A stretch of DNA of 63,501 nucleotides, filler included, from Octopus bimaculoides (lineage: Eukaryota), in the NCBI RefSeq assembly GCF_001194135.2. It is 9 parts of 9 records of this genome, joined end to end, with 100 filler letters (N's around TTAATTAATTAA, not from the genome) between each part and the next. Parts side by side here need not be neighbours in the genome. Positions count along the whole stretch, not along the records: positions 14,508 to 29,513 come from NC_068988.1; positions 29,614 to 31,974 come from NC_068998.1; positions 32,075 to 34,574 come from NW_026422590.1; positions 34,675 to 37,898 come from NC_068981.1; 5 more parts are not named here. The stretch is one strand, 5' to 3'. A model generated the notes under the pieces. It did not search any database. It had not been told where the DNA came from and saw nothing but the letters and a program-made list of their open reading frames with translations. The position numbers and the translations under genes are program-made. Positions within the stretch are counted from its first letter, which is position 1, and each line of letters starts with the position of its first letter. This document shows, piece by piece, positions 26,460 to 37,998 of this stretch.

Positions 26460-26860
26460 ATAGAGGCTGCAGCCTCATAGTATTCCTGGTCATCATCAAC
26501 AGCTCATCAACTTTGGCATAAATACCAGGACAACATGACGTAATACATACTGTATCAAGCAGAACTAAATGAAATTGAACAAAGTGTTATACCTATTACG
26601 CACAAACAAGCACTAATCCTTTTTGAAAATATTGTACAGTATATTACAATGTCTTTCAGAACGTGGACTGCTAGGCCCTGTATCAAAAGCAACAGCAAAT
26701 CTCAAACGAGGGGTACATCAGGGAACTAGCTAAGAGACATTCATTAACCAGAAAATAATGCCTACCAAGATAAATTATCTAGATTCCAAACAGATTACAA
26801 AAATCGTATATGAGGAGCAAACAATTGACAACATTTGACTCAGCAACAATGAGTTTCTTT
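26460..26860 (+). pseudogene. Possible Helitron Rep/helicase remnant
   Basis: EAAAS..AHQLWHKYQDNM..IL..KQALILFENI..GLLGP..RGYIREL resembles the region just before the PIF1 helicase domain; no Walker A motif seen. Confidence 0.4.
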
Positions 26861-27021
26861 AGTGTTATTCGCGAAGCAGGCAAATGTGTTGTATCGACTT
26901 AATTTTATCATAAGTTCGTTTACTAAAACAGCTTGCTAAAGCATTGTTCAAATAAAGAATTTTTACCACTATAGTTACAGCTGGAAAATGTCCTAACAAC
27001 CCAATTTGCAAAGGTTTTATT

Positions 27022-27720
27022 CTACTTGAGAGTAATAATGGTTTGCTCATTTGACATTTCAGTTACATGATTTCTTTCAAATCTTCCTAGTTTTGTTTTC
27101 AAAATACCGCACTTTTCTATCCCAAATTCCATACTTACGTCATTTGAGAAAATGTGGATAGTATTTACAACACTTTCAAGCATTTTCTCATTTTTTTGCA
27201 TGGAAAGGATATGATTTATCTGACCATTTCCTTTTCCAAAATCGTAAGGTATTTTAACTTTTCGTAGTATCATAGTGAACGGCGTCAGGGCCAGTACGAA
27301 CAGTAATGGAAATAAGCTCTCACCTTGAAATAAGCTCTCACTTTGAAATAAGTTCTCACCTTGAAATAAGCTCTCACCTTGAACGTCTGACATTCACATC
27401 TCCGAGACTTTGTTTTCCCCCAATTAATTCAGTATTCCCATGTTTCATACTTTCGTTAAGCATTTTGCCATATTTTTTTGCTATTCCAAACATGCTCATT
27501 GTTGTACTTATTCTACTGTGTGATACTATGTCATATGTCTTTTTTTAATCTAGCCATATTTCATCCACTCTCGTCAATCTGCGTCTACAATTTCTAATTA
27601 TCATTTTATCATCTAATAAGTGATCTTTTGAATCCCTACATTATTTCCTTTATCCTTTCTCTATTTCTGGAAGTAGATTGATACTTTTCAGATGGTTGTA
27701 TAATTCTTCCAACAAGGCAT
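27022..27720 (-). mobile_element. R4/Dong-clade LINE reverse-transcriptase fragment
   Basis: LLPEIEKG..SKDHLLDDKMIIRNC, KTYDIVSHS, QGESLFPLLFVLAL, MEFGIEKC; the catalytic xDD segment is deleted. Confidence 0.85.
27309..27383. repeat. 18-bp minisatellite (x4) inside the LINE RT
   Basis: GAAATAAGCTCTCACCTT x4, which reads QGESLF x4 on the minus strand. Confidence 0.95.
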
Positions 27721-27894
27721 TGATCAGAAGCTCTTTATTTTAACCTCTGTATGCTATGTATATGTCCCTTCTTTTTCAATATATACTGCGTATACTTACT
27801 TTTTTTTTCATTGCATTATATGCGAACCTCCACATTTTATGTTTGTCTTTTTATCATCATCCTCAGCCTTCGACCTTGTAACAAATAAATGAAA

Positions 27895-29140
27895 TTATTA
27901 TTATTATTGAGTGAGAGAGCACCGCATGCAGAAGTGATTTATTCAAACTCCAAAGAATTCTGTTCAACATATAGCTATGAATCTCCACGGCTCTTCTGCT
28001 CGTGATCAGAGGTACACATATTCTTATTATTATTATGACTATTATTATTTTACTTCTTAGAACGTTCGGTCTTGTTGTTCTGGTAAATTCTGTGAGAGCA
28101 GACAACAGTTTGCAGTCAGAGGTCTCACAGGGTCTCTTTCTGCACATTATAAGCTTTGATATTTGGTTGTTTATTATCGTGGGAGACATTCAAAATCCAA
28201 GTACCAATCGCAAACTCTTAGCTGTCCGCAGCAGAGCAGTTTTGGAGGCTTGCTCTGCTCTCATGTCAATTCTGATTTCTTTAACATATTTCTTGAACTA
28301 GGTTTTTAGTGATGCTAGTGACCCTACAGCTCCTGAAATGACAGACATTCTCCTCATAGACCACGTTCTTGCAAATTTTCGTCTTTTCGTAGTCTTTAAT
28401 TTTCAATCATTTCTAGTTCTGTGTCACTTATGCGTGCGCCTCCTGGTATAGCAAAATCACACACTATCTTATATTCCTTCTACTTAGTGACTCCTTCTGG
28501 CCTATGTTCATGCTATTTCCGTATATCGTACCACTTCCGGCATCATGTTCTCTCTCTTCATTGACCACAAACCTTCGTATTACTCACTTCAAATTGAAGA
28601 AGTTCTTTATTTTTTTCTTCTTCTTTCACATTGATCCCGTTGTCACCAGGGCATGCTATGTCGATTATTATACATGTTCTTTCTTTTTTATTCACCACAA
28701 GAATGTCCGGTTTCCTTTGTCTGGTCAGCTGATCGCCCTGAACCACTACATCCCACAGAATTTTGCACTTCTTATTTTCGGTGACTCCTTCTGGGGTTTG
28801 TTCATACCACGTCTTTGCTCTGTGTAGGCCGTGATTTCAACAGGCCTCCCAATAGATCATTCTTACCACATTGTCTTGGCGTCGTTTGTATTCGCATTGT
28901 GTCAATTTCGGGCATTCGTTAACGATGTACTATATCGTTTCACCCCTCTCACCACAAATTCTGCATTTGTCGCTATCGATAGTGTTGTCAAATCTGCACT
29001 TCATATAATTGGTCCTTAATGCTTGTTCCTGAGCATTTCATGTGAGAGCTTCTGTCTCTGTCTTCAGGTCACTCCTCTTCATCCATGACCTCAGGTCCTC
29101 CGCATCTCTCTTGGCGTTCACATCTCTTGCAAACTGACCG
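27895..29140 (-). mobile_element. R4/Dong-clade LINE 3' part (zinc knuckle + restriction-like endonuclease)
   Basis: CRICGERGET..IVNEC, WYEQTPEGV, RKPDILVVNK..IIDIACPGD; ends ctctctcactc(aat)n; part of the RLE region occurs twice. Confidence 0.88.
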
Positions 29141-29149
29141 TACATTTTA

Positions 29150-29193
29150 TATTATTATTATTGTTGTTATTATTATTGTTGTTGTTGTTGTTG

Positions 29194-29279
<86 letters not shown>

Positions 29280-29513
29280 TAGTTTTATTTTTATAACGTG
29301 CTTTCACTTCACTACCGAGCGCAGCTCTGTGCGCCTTGGGTATGTGCTGTGGTTTGCTGTGGTGCTCTTATGTTTACTGTATTGAAAGTGTTTTGCGTAG
29401 AATGTGTGCAGTACCCAGTAGTGCAATTTTCTGTATGTTATATATATTTGTAAGTCCTGGTGTTTTTGTTATGTATTTGTCTGAATATTTTTTTATTATA
29501 CCTAAGACACCTA
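29150..29513 (-). mobile_element. Young RLE-LINE 3' end with long (AAT)n tail
   Basis: LGIIKKYSDKYITKTPGLTNIYNIQKIALLGTAHILRKTLSIQ*, then UTR and (AAT/AAC)n; near-identical to 56743-57057. Confidence 0.85.
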
Positions 29514-29666
29514 NNNNNNNNNNNNNNNNNNNNNNNNNNNNNNNNNNNNNNNNNNNNTTAATTAATTAANNNNNNNNNNNNNNNNNNNNNNNNNNNNNNN
29601 NNNNNNNNNNNNNAATATATATACAATGTTAATTCTCTATATGAAGTATTAACAGTAACTGCACGA

Positions 29667-29851
29667 TAAAGTGTAGTATATTGCCACTTAAGTGTGGCTG
29701 GTCGAGGTGAGAGGGATAACTCCCTTGGCAAACAGGACACAGTCGTGTGTCGATAAGCCAGCTGGAGGAGATGTCCTCCTGGGGCTAAAAGCAACAGTAA
29801 CATCCACCCCTAGGGGTCAGCCACACTTAAGTGGCAATATACTACACTTTA
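29667..29851. mobile_element. 185-bp MITE with perfect 34-bp inverted termini (outer TA probably the TSD)
   Basis: TAAAGTGTAGTATATTGCCACTTAAGTGTGGCTG at 29667-29700, reverse complement at 29818-29851. Confidence 0.85.
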
Positions 29852-29996
29852 AATATATATAAATATATACCTTCACCCCCCCCACACACATACATATATG
29901 TGTACACACATACATATATGTGTACACACACACTCACGCACACATACTTACACACATAGATAGATTGATAGATAAATAGATACATAGATTCTTTTT

Positions 29997-30135
29997 TTCA
30001 TTTTTATTTTACTTGTTTCGGCCATATTGGAGCACTGCCTTAAAGAGTTTCTAGTCGAAAAAAATCACCCTCAGAACTTAATTTTGTGAGCCTCGTACTC
30101 ATTCTATCAGTCTATTTTGCCGAATGATTCAGCAA
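29997..30135 (-). mobile_element. SINE family A tail fragment
   Basis: tacttgtttcggccatattggagcactgcc...attctatcag. Confidence 0.65.
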
Positions 30136-31290
30136 GTAGAAAAATCTAAGGGAGGTAATTTGTGATCGTTATTATTGTGGACAGGGGAGATAATTGTTCA
30201 GCTTTCGTTGGGAGGGGAGGGAAGAAAATATACACAAAGATTCAAAAGCTAGATTAGTGGGGAGAAATATGTATAGTGGTAGGTATGTAATCGTGAATTA
30301 AAATATGTATAAAGATCAAAGTTGGTTATGCATGCATATTTAGACGTGTTCTGTATTTTTCGATGAATAAAGTTAGAGCGTGCACATTTTTTAACTGATT
30401 AGGGTGGAGGTGGTGTGTGTAGTTTGGCATTTGTTAAGAGTTTTTTTTCAATGATTTGTGTTGCCTTTTGCTTTTAAGGATTTTATGTGTATTAATAATA
30501 TTATTAATTTTCGGGTCTGTGGTCGGTAAGGGAAGGTTTTGTATGAGTGTAGTGCATGCTTCGATGTTTTTGAGGTTGTGAGTGGAAATGTATGGAAGTA
30601 TTTTGAGGTCGGGTGTGTTACTGTGTTGGGTGGTTTTCTGTTTGTTATTGTTGAGTTCCTTGGCACGTTTTATTCCAAAGTCTATGAGTGTGGAGGGATA
30701 TTGGCATCGCAATGGGTACCAAAGTGACACTGGTCCTTGCGAATCTCATAATGGGCTTCTTCGAACAACCATTTTATGAGATATCACACCAGAAATTTGG
30801 ACACCTTTTCCACATCTACTTAATGCAAAACTGGAAAAGATACCTAGATGATTGTTTCATAATATGGAAAGAATCTTATGAAAAACTTCTGGAATTCAAA
30901 ACCACACTTAACAGCATACATCCCAACATTCAATTCACTATGTAATTCAGCAAACATCATCTCCCTTTTCTTGATCCCCTATCACAACCGACATCTACCA
31001 CAAACCTACAGACTCACAACAATACCTCCTTTTCAGCTCATGCCACCCAAGATAAATATCCCCTTCAACTTAGCTAAAAGGATTTGCACCATTGTCTCTG
31101 ACCCAACCACTCGAGAAATACGCCTTCAAAAAAACATTATACAACGCCAATACCACTCCACACTCATAGACTCTGGAATAAAACGTGTCAAGGAACTCGA
31201 CAATAATACGCTTAAAACAATCCAATCCATTACACACCCAACCTCAAAATACTTCCATACATTTCCACCCACAACCCCACCCCCTTGTAT
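30130..31290. mobile_element. Penelope-like retroelement remnant with inverted halves
   Basis: Plus 30700-31290: GIAMGTK..ANLIMG, RYLDDCF, HPNIQFT, YHKPTDSQQYL..SCHP. Minus 30712-30130: post-RT segment ILPYISTHN..SKRQ and the ORF end FIEKYRTRLN. Confidence 0.85.
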
Positions 31291-31368
31291 ACTATAGAGA
31301 ATTTCGTTAATATGGATTGAATGAATATATAGATCGGCCTTTAAATTTGTCTTCTCTCCTTAATTTTG

Positions 31369-31402
<34 letters not shown>

Positions 31403-31784
31403 TATATTGTATATATATGTGTATGTATGTGTGTGTGAGTGTGTGTGAGTGTATTCATGTATATATGTCAGGTAATAGTTTCAGTATTGATAGTGAAGGT
31501 ATTAAACCGAATGTATCTCACTTTACAATAGAGATGTTATTGTTTCACTTTTGATACGTAATACTGAAATAGTCTAAAAGATAAAAGATTGCTCCTCGCT
31601 CGCATTAAGTAAGAAGTTGAAAATATTTTTGGCTCATGGCACTGTATGGACCCTAAGTAAGGCATGAGTAAAAGTTGAATGAAATCGGTTGGCTAGTTCT
31701 CAAATTTTAGTGATATATATGAGTTTACGTGAAAGAAAGAGGGAGAGAGAGAGAGGGGGAAAGAGAGAGTGCATATGTGCGTGC

Positions 31785-31838
<54 letters not shown>

Positions 31839-32074
31839 AATGTGTACCAGTTTTCAGACGTTTGGGTGTAATTTAAGACGTATCTACTATATTTAGTCAC
31901 TGGTAATGCAAGGGAGATAACTCCTGGTACTTACTGTAATTATAATTTGAAATTCAACTTCAAATTCAGGTTATNNNNNNNNNNNNNNNNNNNNNNNNNN
32001 NNNNNNNNNNNNNNNNNNTTAATTAATTAANNNNNNNNNNNNNNNNNNNNNNNNNNNNNNNNNNNNNNNNNNNN

Positions 32075-32105
<31 letters not shown>

Positions 32106-32359
32106 ACATATGTGAGTGTCTCTGCAGCAGTTTGTACATTCCTAGCTTACAGGGATACTATATATATATACATATGCACACACACACATATATATACACT
32201 CACACATACATATACACACACATATATATATATATATATGTATATACACGCTTGTTGGCTTACATATGTTACTATTTGTGCAACAGATGTCAACAGTCAT
32301 ATCTTACCAAAACACCACCACTACTACCACCACCACCACTACCAAACAAACTTATGATG

Positions 32360-33163
32360 TGAAGATGTCCCAGCTGTGACCATCCTGTCTTTTACTCAGA
32401 CATAATGTATCTCGGACCACATTATCTAATGTATCCTTCCTTGTTTCTTTTGTTTAGCCCCCAGGTCTGACCTGATCCAGACAGACCTATGATCAAACAT
32501 GTTCCAGCTATGACCATCCTGTCTTTTATTCAGACATAGTGTATCTAGGACTACATTATCGGATGTCTTTCTTCTTGTTGTTTAGCCCCGGGTCAGTCTT
32601 GATCTAGTAGACTTATCAAAGATGTTCCTTCCAGATGTGACCATCCTGTCTTTTATTTAGCCATAGTGTATCTAGGACTACATTATCTAATGTGTCCTTT
32701 CTTGTTGTTTAGCCCAAGGTTAGTCCTGATCCAGCAGAACTATGATCAAAGATGTTCCTTCCAGCTGTGACCATCATGTCTTTTATTCAGGCATAGTGTA
32801 TCTAGGACTACATTATCTAATGTGACCTTCCTTGTTGTTGCTGTTTAGCTCCAGGTCAGTCCTGCTCCAGACTGACCTATGATCAAAGATGTTCCAGCTG
32901 TGACCATCCTGTCTTTTATTTAAACATAGTGTATCTAGGACTACACTATCTAATGTGTCGTTCCTTCTTGTTGTTGTTTCTTAGCCCCAGGTCATTCCTG
33001 TTCCAGTAGACCTATGATTCGAGATGCTCCAGCTGTGACCATCCTGTCTTTTATTTAGACATAGTGTATCTAGGACTACATTATCTAACGTGTCCTTCCT
33101 TGTTGTCGTTGTTTAGCCCCAGGTCAGTCCTGATCCAGCAGACCTATAATCAAAAGCGTTTGA
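32360..33163 (-). repeat. Tandem array of ~6 units (127-135 bp) of the family D tail
   Basis: GACCATC anchors at 32378, 32512, 32639, 32769, 32902, 33037. Confidence 0.92.
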
Positions 33164-33380
33164 TCTCCTTTGATAGACAAGAGGTTGATGATGAATTTCT
33201 TGAAGAATAAATAAATAAACAAATGAAATATAAAAATAAAACAGACATATCACAGAAATTGATTTCTTGAATCAATAACTGACAGAGAAATTACCTAAAG
33301 TTAAGTTGTTGACTTTTATAATAATATTAACATTAGATATTGTACTCGTAGGTAGACGATGCCAGAGCAGGGAACAATAT

Positions 33381-34432
33381 AGTCACAGCTAGAACATCTC
33401 TGATCAAAGGTGTTCTGGATCAGGACTGACCTGGGGCTAATTAACAACAACAACAAGGAAAAATGCATAGGCGCTGGAGTGGCTGTGTGGTAAGTAGCTT
33501 GCTTCCCAACCACATGGTTCTGGGTTCATTCCCACTGCGTGGCACCTTGGGCGCAAGTGTCTTCTACTATAGCCTCGGGCCGACCAAAGCCTTGTGAGTG
33601 GATTTGGTAGACGGAAACTGGAAGAAGCCCTTCGTATATATGTATATATATATATCTNNNNNNNNNNNNNNNNNNNNNNNNNNNNNNNNNNNNNNNNNNN
33701 NNNNNNNNNNNNNNNNNNNNNNNNNNNNNNNNNNNNNNNNNNNNNNNNNNNNNNNNNNNNNNNNNNNNNNNNNNNNNNNNNNNNNNNNNNNNNNNNNNNN
33801 NNNNNNNNNNNNNNNNNNNNNNNNNNNNNNNNNNNNNNNNNNNNNNNNNNNNNNNNNNNNNNNNNNNNNNNNNNNNNNNNNNNNNNNNNNNNNNNNNNNN
33901 NNNNNNNNNNNNNNNNNNNNNNNNNNNNNNNNNNNNNNNNNNNNNNNNNNNNNNNNNNNNNNNNNNNNNNNNNNNNNNNNNNNNNNNNNNNNNNNNNNNN
34001 NNNNNNNNNNNNNNNNNNNNNNNNNNNNNNNNNNNNNNNNNNNNNNNNNNNNNNNNNNNNNNNNNNNNNNNNNNNNNNNNNNNNNNNNNNNNNNNNNNNN
34101 NNNNNNNNNNNNNNNNNNNNNNNNNNNNNNNNNNNNNNNNNNNNNNNNNNNNNNNNNNNNNNNNNNNNNNNNNNNNNNNNNNNNNNNNNNNNNNNNNNNN
34201 NNNNNNTAAACAACAAGAACAAGGAAGGACACATTAGATTATGTAGTCCGAGATACACTATGTCTGAATAAAAAACAGGATGGTCACAGCTGGAAGGAAC
34301 ATCTTTGATCATAGGTCTACTGGATCAGGATTGACCTAGGGTTAAACAACAAGAACAAGGAAGGACACATTAGATTATGTAGTCCGAGATACACTATGTC
34401 TGAATGAAAGCCAGGATGGTCACAGCTGGAAC
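33381..34432 (+). repeat. Oppositely oriented array of the same ~130-bp unit, interrupted by a SINE and a gap
   Basis: (G)GTCACAGC anchors at 33382, 34282, 34418. Confidence 0.88.
33468..33640 (+). mobile_element. SINE family A head inserted in the family D tail array
   Basis: aggcgctggagtggctgtgtggtaag; interrupts a 130-bp unit. Confidence 0.88.
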
Positions 34433-35217
34433 TGGACTAACCTTTAAATACTGTTCCCCCCCTCTATTCCACAAATGTTAAAACTTCCATATTGATACCA
34501 ACCACCCTACTGGCTCACCCTGTTTTGACCAGCTCTCTCTCCCCCCTGCTCTCTCCTGTCTCTCTCTCTCTCTCNNNNNNNNNNNNNNNNNNNNNNNNNN
34601 NNNNNNNNNNNNNNNNNNTTAATTAATTAANNNNNNNNNNNNNNNNNNNNNNNNNNNNNNNNNNNNNNNNNNNNATATTCTAAATTGCATATATTTTTAA
34701 TTGCTGCATTCTTAAACTACAGCTACCTCAGATGTGCACCAAAATATAATTTTATTTTGTTGCTCTCAAACAACAAAATTAGGTGAGTAGTTTAAAAATT
34801 TCATTGCGGTTTCTTTCCTAGGCTCGATCCATATAACTTTGTATCCACTGTCTCAATGTGTTCGATTGCTTTTATTTGTTGTTTCCTTTTTAATTCTTTT
34901 ATTTTATTCTAGATTGTTCTGGCCACCAAATCATGCCTCATCGGTACGTAGCTTATGGGGGGGGGGGGGAAGAAAGAAAAAAAAGAACATTACTTAGCAA
35001 GATCAGGTTCAGTTTTGGGTTTTCCTTTACATTCTTGGTTAGATGACTTTTCGCTATCTTTTGCGCTTATTAGTGATTTCCTATTCATGAAGAGCAACGA
35101 GGTAACTTTTAGTGGTATGCTTGTATGCTATGTATGTGTGTATGTAGACATTATGTATGTATGAATAAATGTACATGTGTATGTATGCGTGCATGTATGC
35201 ATGTATGTGTGTATGTT

Positions 35218-36498
35218 CAGGGTGCGATGGGTAAATTGTCCCTAGTTTATATGTTTAACTTCGCGCATGTGCATTGTGTATATTTTATTTTGTCGACGAT
35301 ACAGTATAGTAGGGTCCGTTGGGCACCGTCTGTGAGAAAAACAGCACCATGATGCAATTCACTCTGCTAGTAATTTGGAAACAACATGTTGTACTACTTG
35401 GAATTCGCGCTGGAAGCCCCAATACGAACATTTCAGAGTGTTTGGGTGTCAATCTGAGAACAGAGTAGAGGGTTCAGAAAGAGTTGAATGAATCTAATGG
35501 TGATTAGGAAGGTACGGCAGCTCAGAAAACTCACTCTGATTGTTTTGATAAGAAAAGAATTCCTGCATTGGTTAGTGACATCCGAGCTATGATCACCAAC
35601 GATCGCTCCAACTCAATCAGGTCCCTCGCGAGGGACATAGGAATGTCTGAATTTCTTTTCAGACAAATACTGCATGAAAATATTCGGTATTCCTCATACA
35701 AGATGAGAAAGAGACAATTTTTATCCAAAGCCATCAAGGACAAGAGGAAAGACAGCGATGCGAAGCTTTTGAACAAACTCAAGCATCCCATCCAAGCGAA
35801 CATGCTTTGGTTTTTCTTAGACGAGGAAATATTCCTGCCAGGATCAGATGGTCAACGCACAGAACAACCGTTGAGTTGCTGTATCCCCAAAACATGTACC
35901 GAGAGTGATACAAATCAAACATTCAGTCAACATCATGGTGTTTGGAGTGATCACTAGTGATGGTGACGTTATGCCTCCATTCATCTTCCCACATGGCCTC
36001 AGAATCAACACGGAGGCCTGTATCAAGTGCCTGGAGTAGGTAGTGCTAACCTGGGTCAAGAGGGTGGCTGCTGGAAGACTGTCTGGCAACAGAACTCTGC
36101 ACAATGCCACACAAGCAGGAGGAGCCAGTCATGGTTGTCAAGCAATTTGTATGACCACATCACTCTTAACATCTGGCCACCCTCTTGGTTTTTACGTGTG
36201 GGGCGCAGTTGAATGAGAGACCAACAAAATTCCTTATAACACCAAAAATGAACTGATGGCAAGGATTATGGCAGCATTCACCAACTTAAACAAGGAGACC
36301 GTTCAGAAGAGTTGCAGGAGATTCCGAAGTCATCTGGAGGACGTTGTTGAAGCAAATGGCGATTTTATTAAATAAATTTACTCTTTAGTATTTCATGATA
36401 TTTTTATGTTATTTTGGTAAATATATCTGTTAAAATGAGATATCTGTGTTATTTTCATTTTTGCGTAATTCAGACGAAAGTTTATACACTGCATCCTG
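35218..36498 (+). mobile_element. Dead Tc1/mariner transposon of maT (DD37D)-like type
   Basis: Degenerate TIRs CAGGGTGCG../CAGGATGCA..; TA at the right end; ~1.28 kb. Confidence 0.85.
35349..36375 (+). pseudogene. maT-like transposase pseudogene
   Basis: SIRSLARDIGMS, WFFLDEEIF, IMVFGVITSDG..MPPFIF, WQQNSAQCHTS, IWPP-LGFYVWGAVE (SPDxNP missing), with stops and frameshifts. Confidence 0.85.
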
Positions 36499-37349
36499 TA
36501 TATATATATATATATATATATATATGGTGTGTGTGTGTATGTGTGTGTTTGTGTGTGTATGTGTGTATGTGCGTGTGTGTGTGTGTATGTTATGTGTATA
36601 TGTGTGTTATGTCAGATATGTCCAGACGCGACTGGTAACATGTAACCTGCTGTATGGTTGTATGGTTGGGGAGTCAGCGACTAAACTGACAACCGTAGCA
36701 AGTCTGTTTGCTGCAAAGGGTGAGTTTTAGTGACCCCATGTGACAAAAAAAGAAGCAAAAGAAAGAAAAAAAGAATATAAAACCCGTTAAAGTGTCGAAG
36801 GCTACCAATACGTGTCAATGGCTACCATGTTGTGTACAAATACACTTCTTTTAATCCCTGCTGACTTGAATGTAGCCTTTGGCGGGAAAAGTCTAAGAGA
36901 GAGCACTCTAAAATAAAAGCTGTCATTGGTGTAGCTGCTTGTCATCTTTCAATGTTTATCGCTGGATGCTAGATACAAATACTTAATGAGTGGAATAAGA
37001 TCTGTGGAAGAGAGAATGTCACTTTAATCCAATGACATACAAACGTTTCAATCTATGTGGTTCTGTATGTCCTTCCATTAAAGTCATGTGGTAATGAAAT
37101 AGGGCGTCGTGAAGCGGTTGGGGACGCATAAACGGGCTCTCTCACAGCACACAGACGTAATGAAGATTATCAGGATAATATAGATTAATTAAGACGGCTA
37201 TTATCAGTCAGGATGAAGCGATCGTGTATGTATGTATGTATGTATGTATGTATGTATGTATGTATGTGGCTATTCAGTTTTATTTCAAGATGCCTTATGG
37301 GTACGTAGCTTATCAAGATTTCTGGCCAATAGAGAAAAAGCTGCTTTTT

Positions 37350-37625
37350 AACCTCGGCGGAATTTGAACTAAGACTATAAAGACGGGGGAAATTCTGCTA
37401 AGCATTTTGCCCGGCGTGCTAACGATTCTACCAGCTCACCGCCTTAGCGATACTATTAACACACCTTTCTATTATAGGTACAAGGCCCTGAAGTTTTGAG
37501 GAAGGGTAATGTTAATTATATTGACCTCAGTGCGAAACTGATACCTGTTTCATCGACCCGGAAAGGATGAAAAGCAAAGTCGACATCGGCGGAGTTAGAA
37601 CTCAAAGCGTAAGAACAGACGAAAC
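37350..37625 (-). mobile_element. Two SINE family B fragments
   Basis: cggcggaatttgaact..ccagctcaccgcc, and aaaggatgaaaagcaaagtcgac. Confidence 0.75.
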
Positions 37626-37998
37626 GAAGTGATACTATTCTATTAATAATAACAAAAATACTATAATAGGAAGTCCATATATGAATTCATATATACACAT
37701 ACACATATAGAGATGCAGGTATACCGTATTTAAAGGCATAAAAATTACCTCAAGAATCATCCCAGGTTCTATATGTGGAGTTGGAATTTCGATAAGCTTT
37801 AATGAGCAAAAATCTTTCCTGAATATGTTCTGCTGAAATTCGATTGGGTTTAATTAAACTGTACATCTTTTAATGTGACAAATATATATATATATATANN
37901 NNNNNNNNNNNNNNNNNNNNNNNNNNNNNNNNNNNNNNNNNNTTAATTAATTAANNNNNNNNNNNNNNNNNNNNNNNNNNNNNNNNNNNNNNNNNNNN

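Noticed and set aside
32360-33163. Possible CRISPR-like array
   Set aside because: Units are ~130-bp diverged tandem copies with no unique spacers, in a eukaryotic context with no cas genes.
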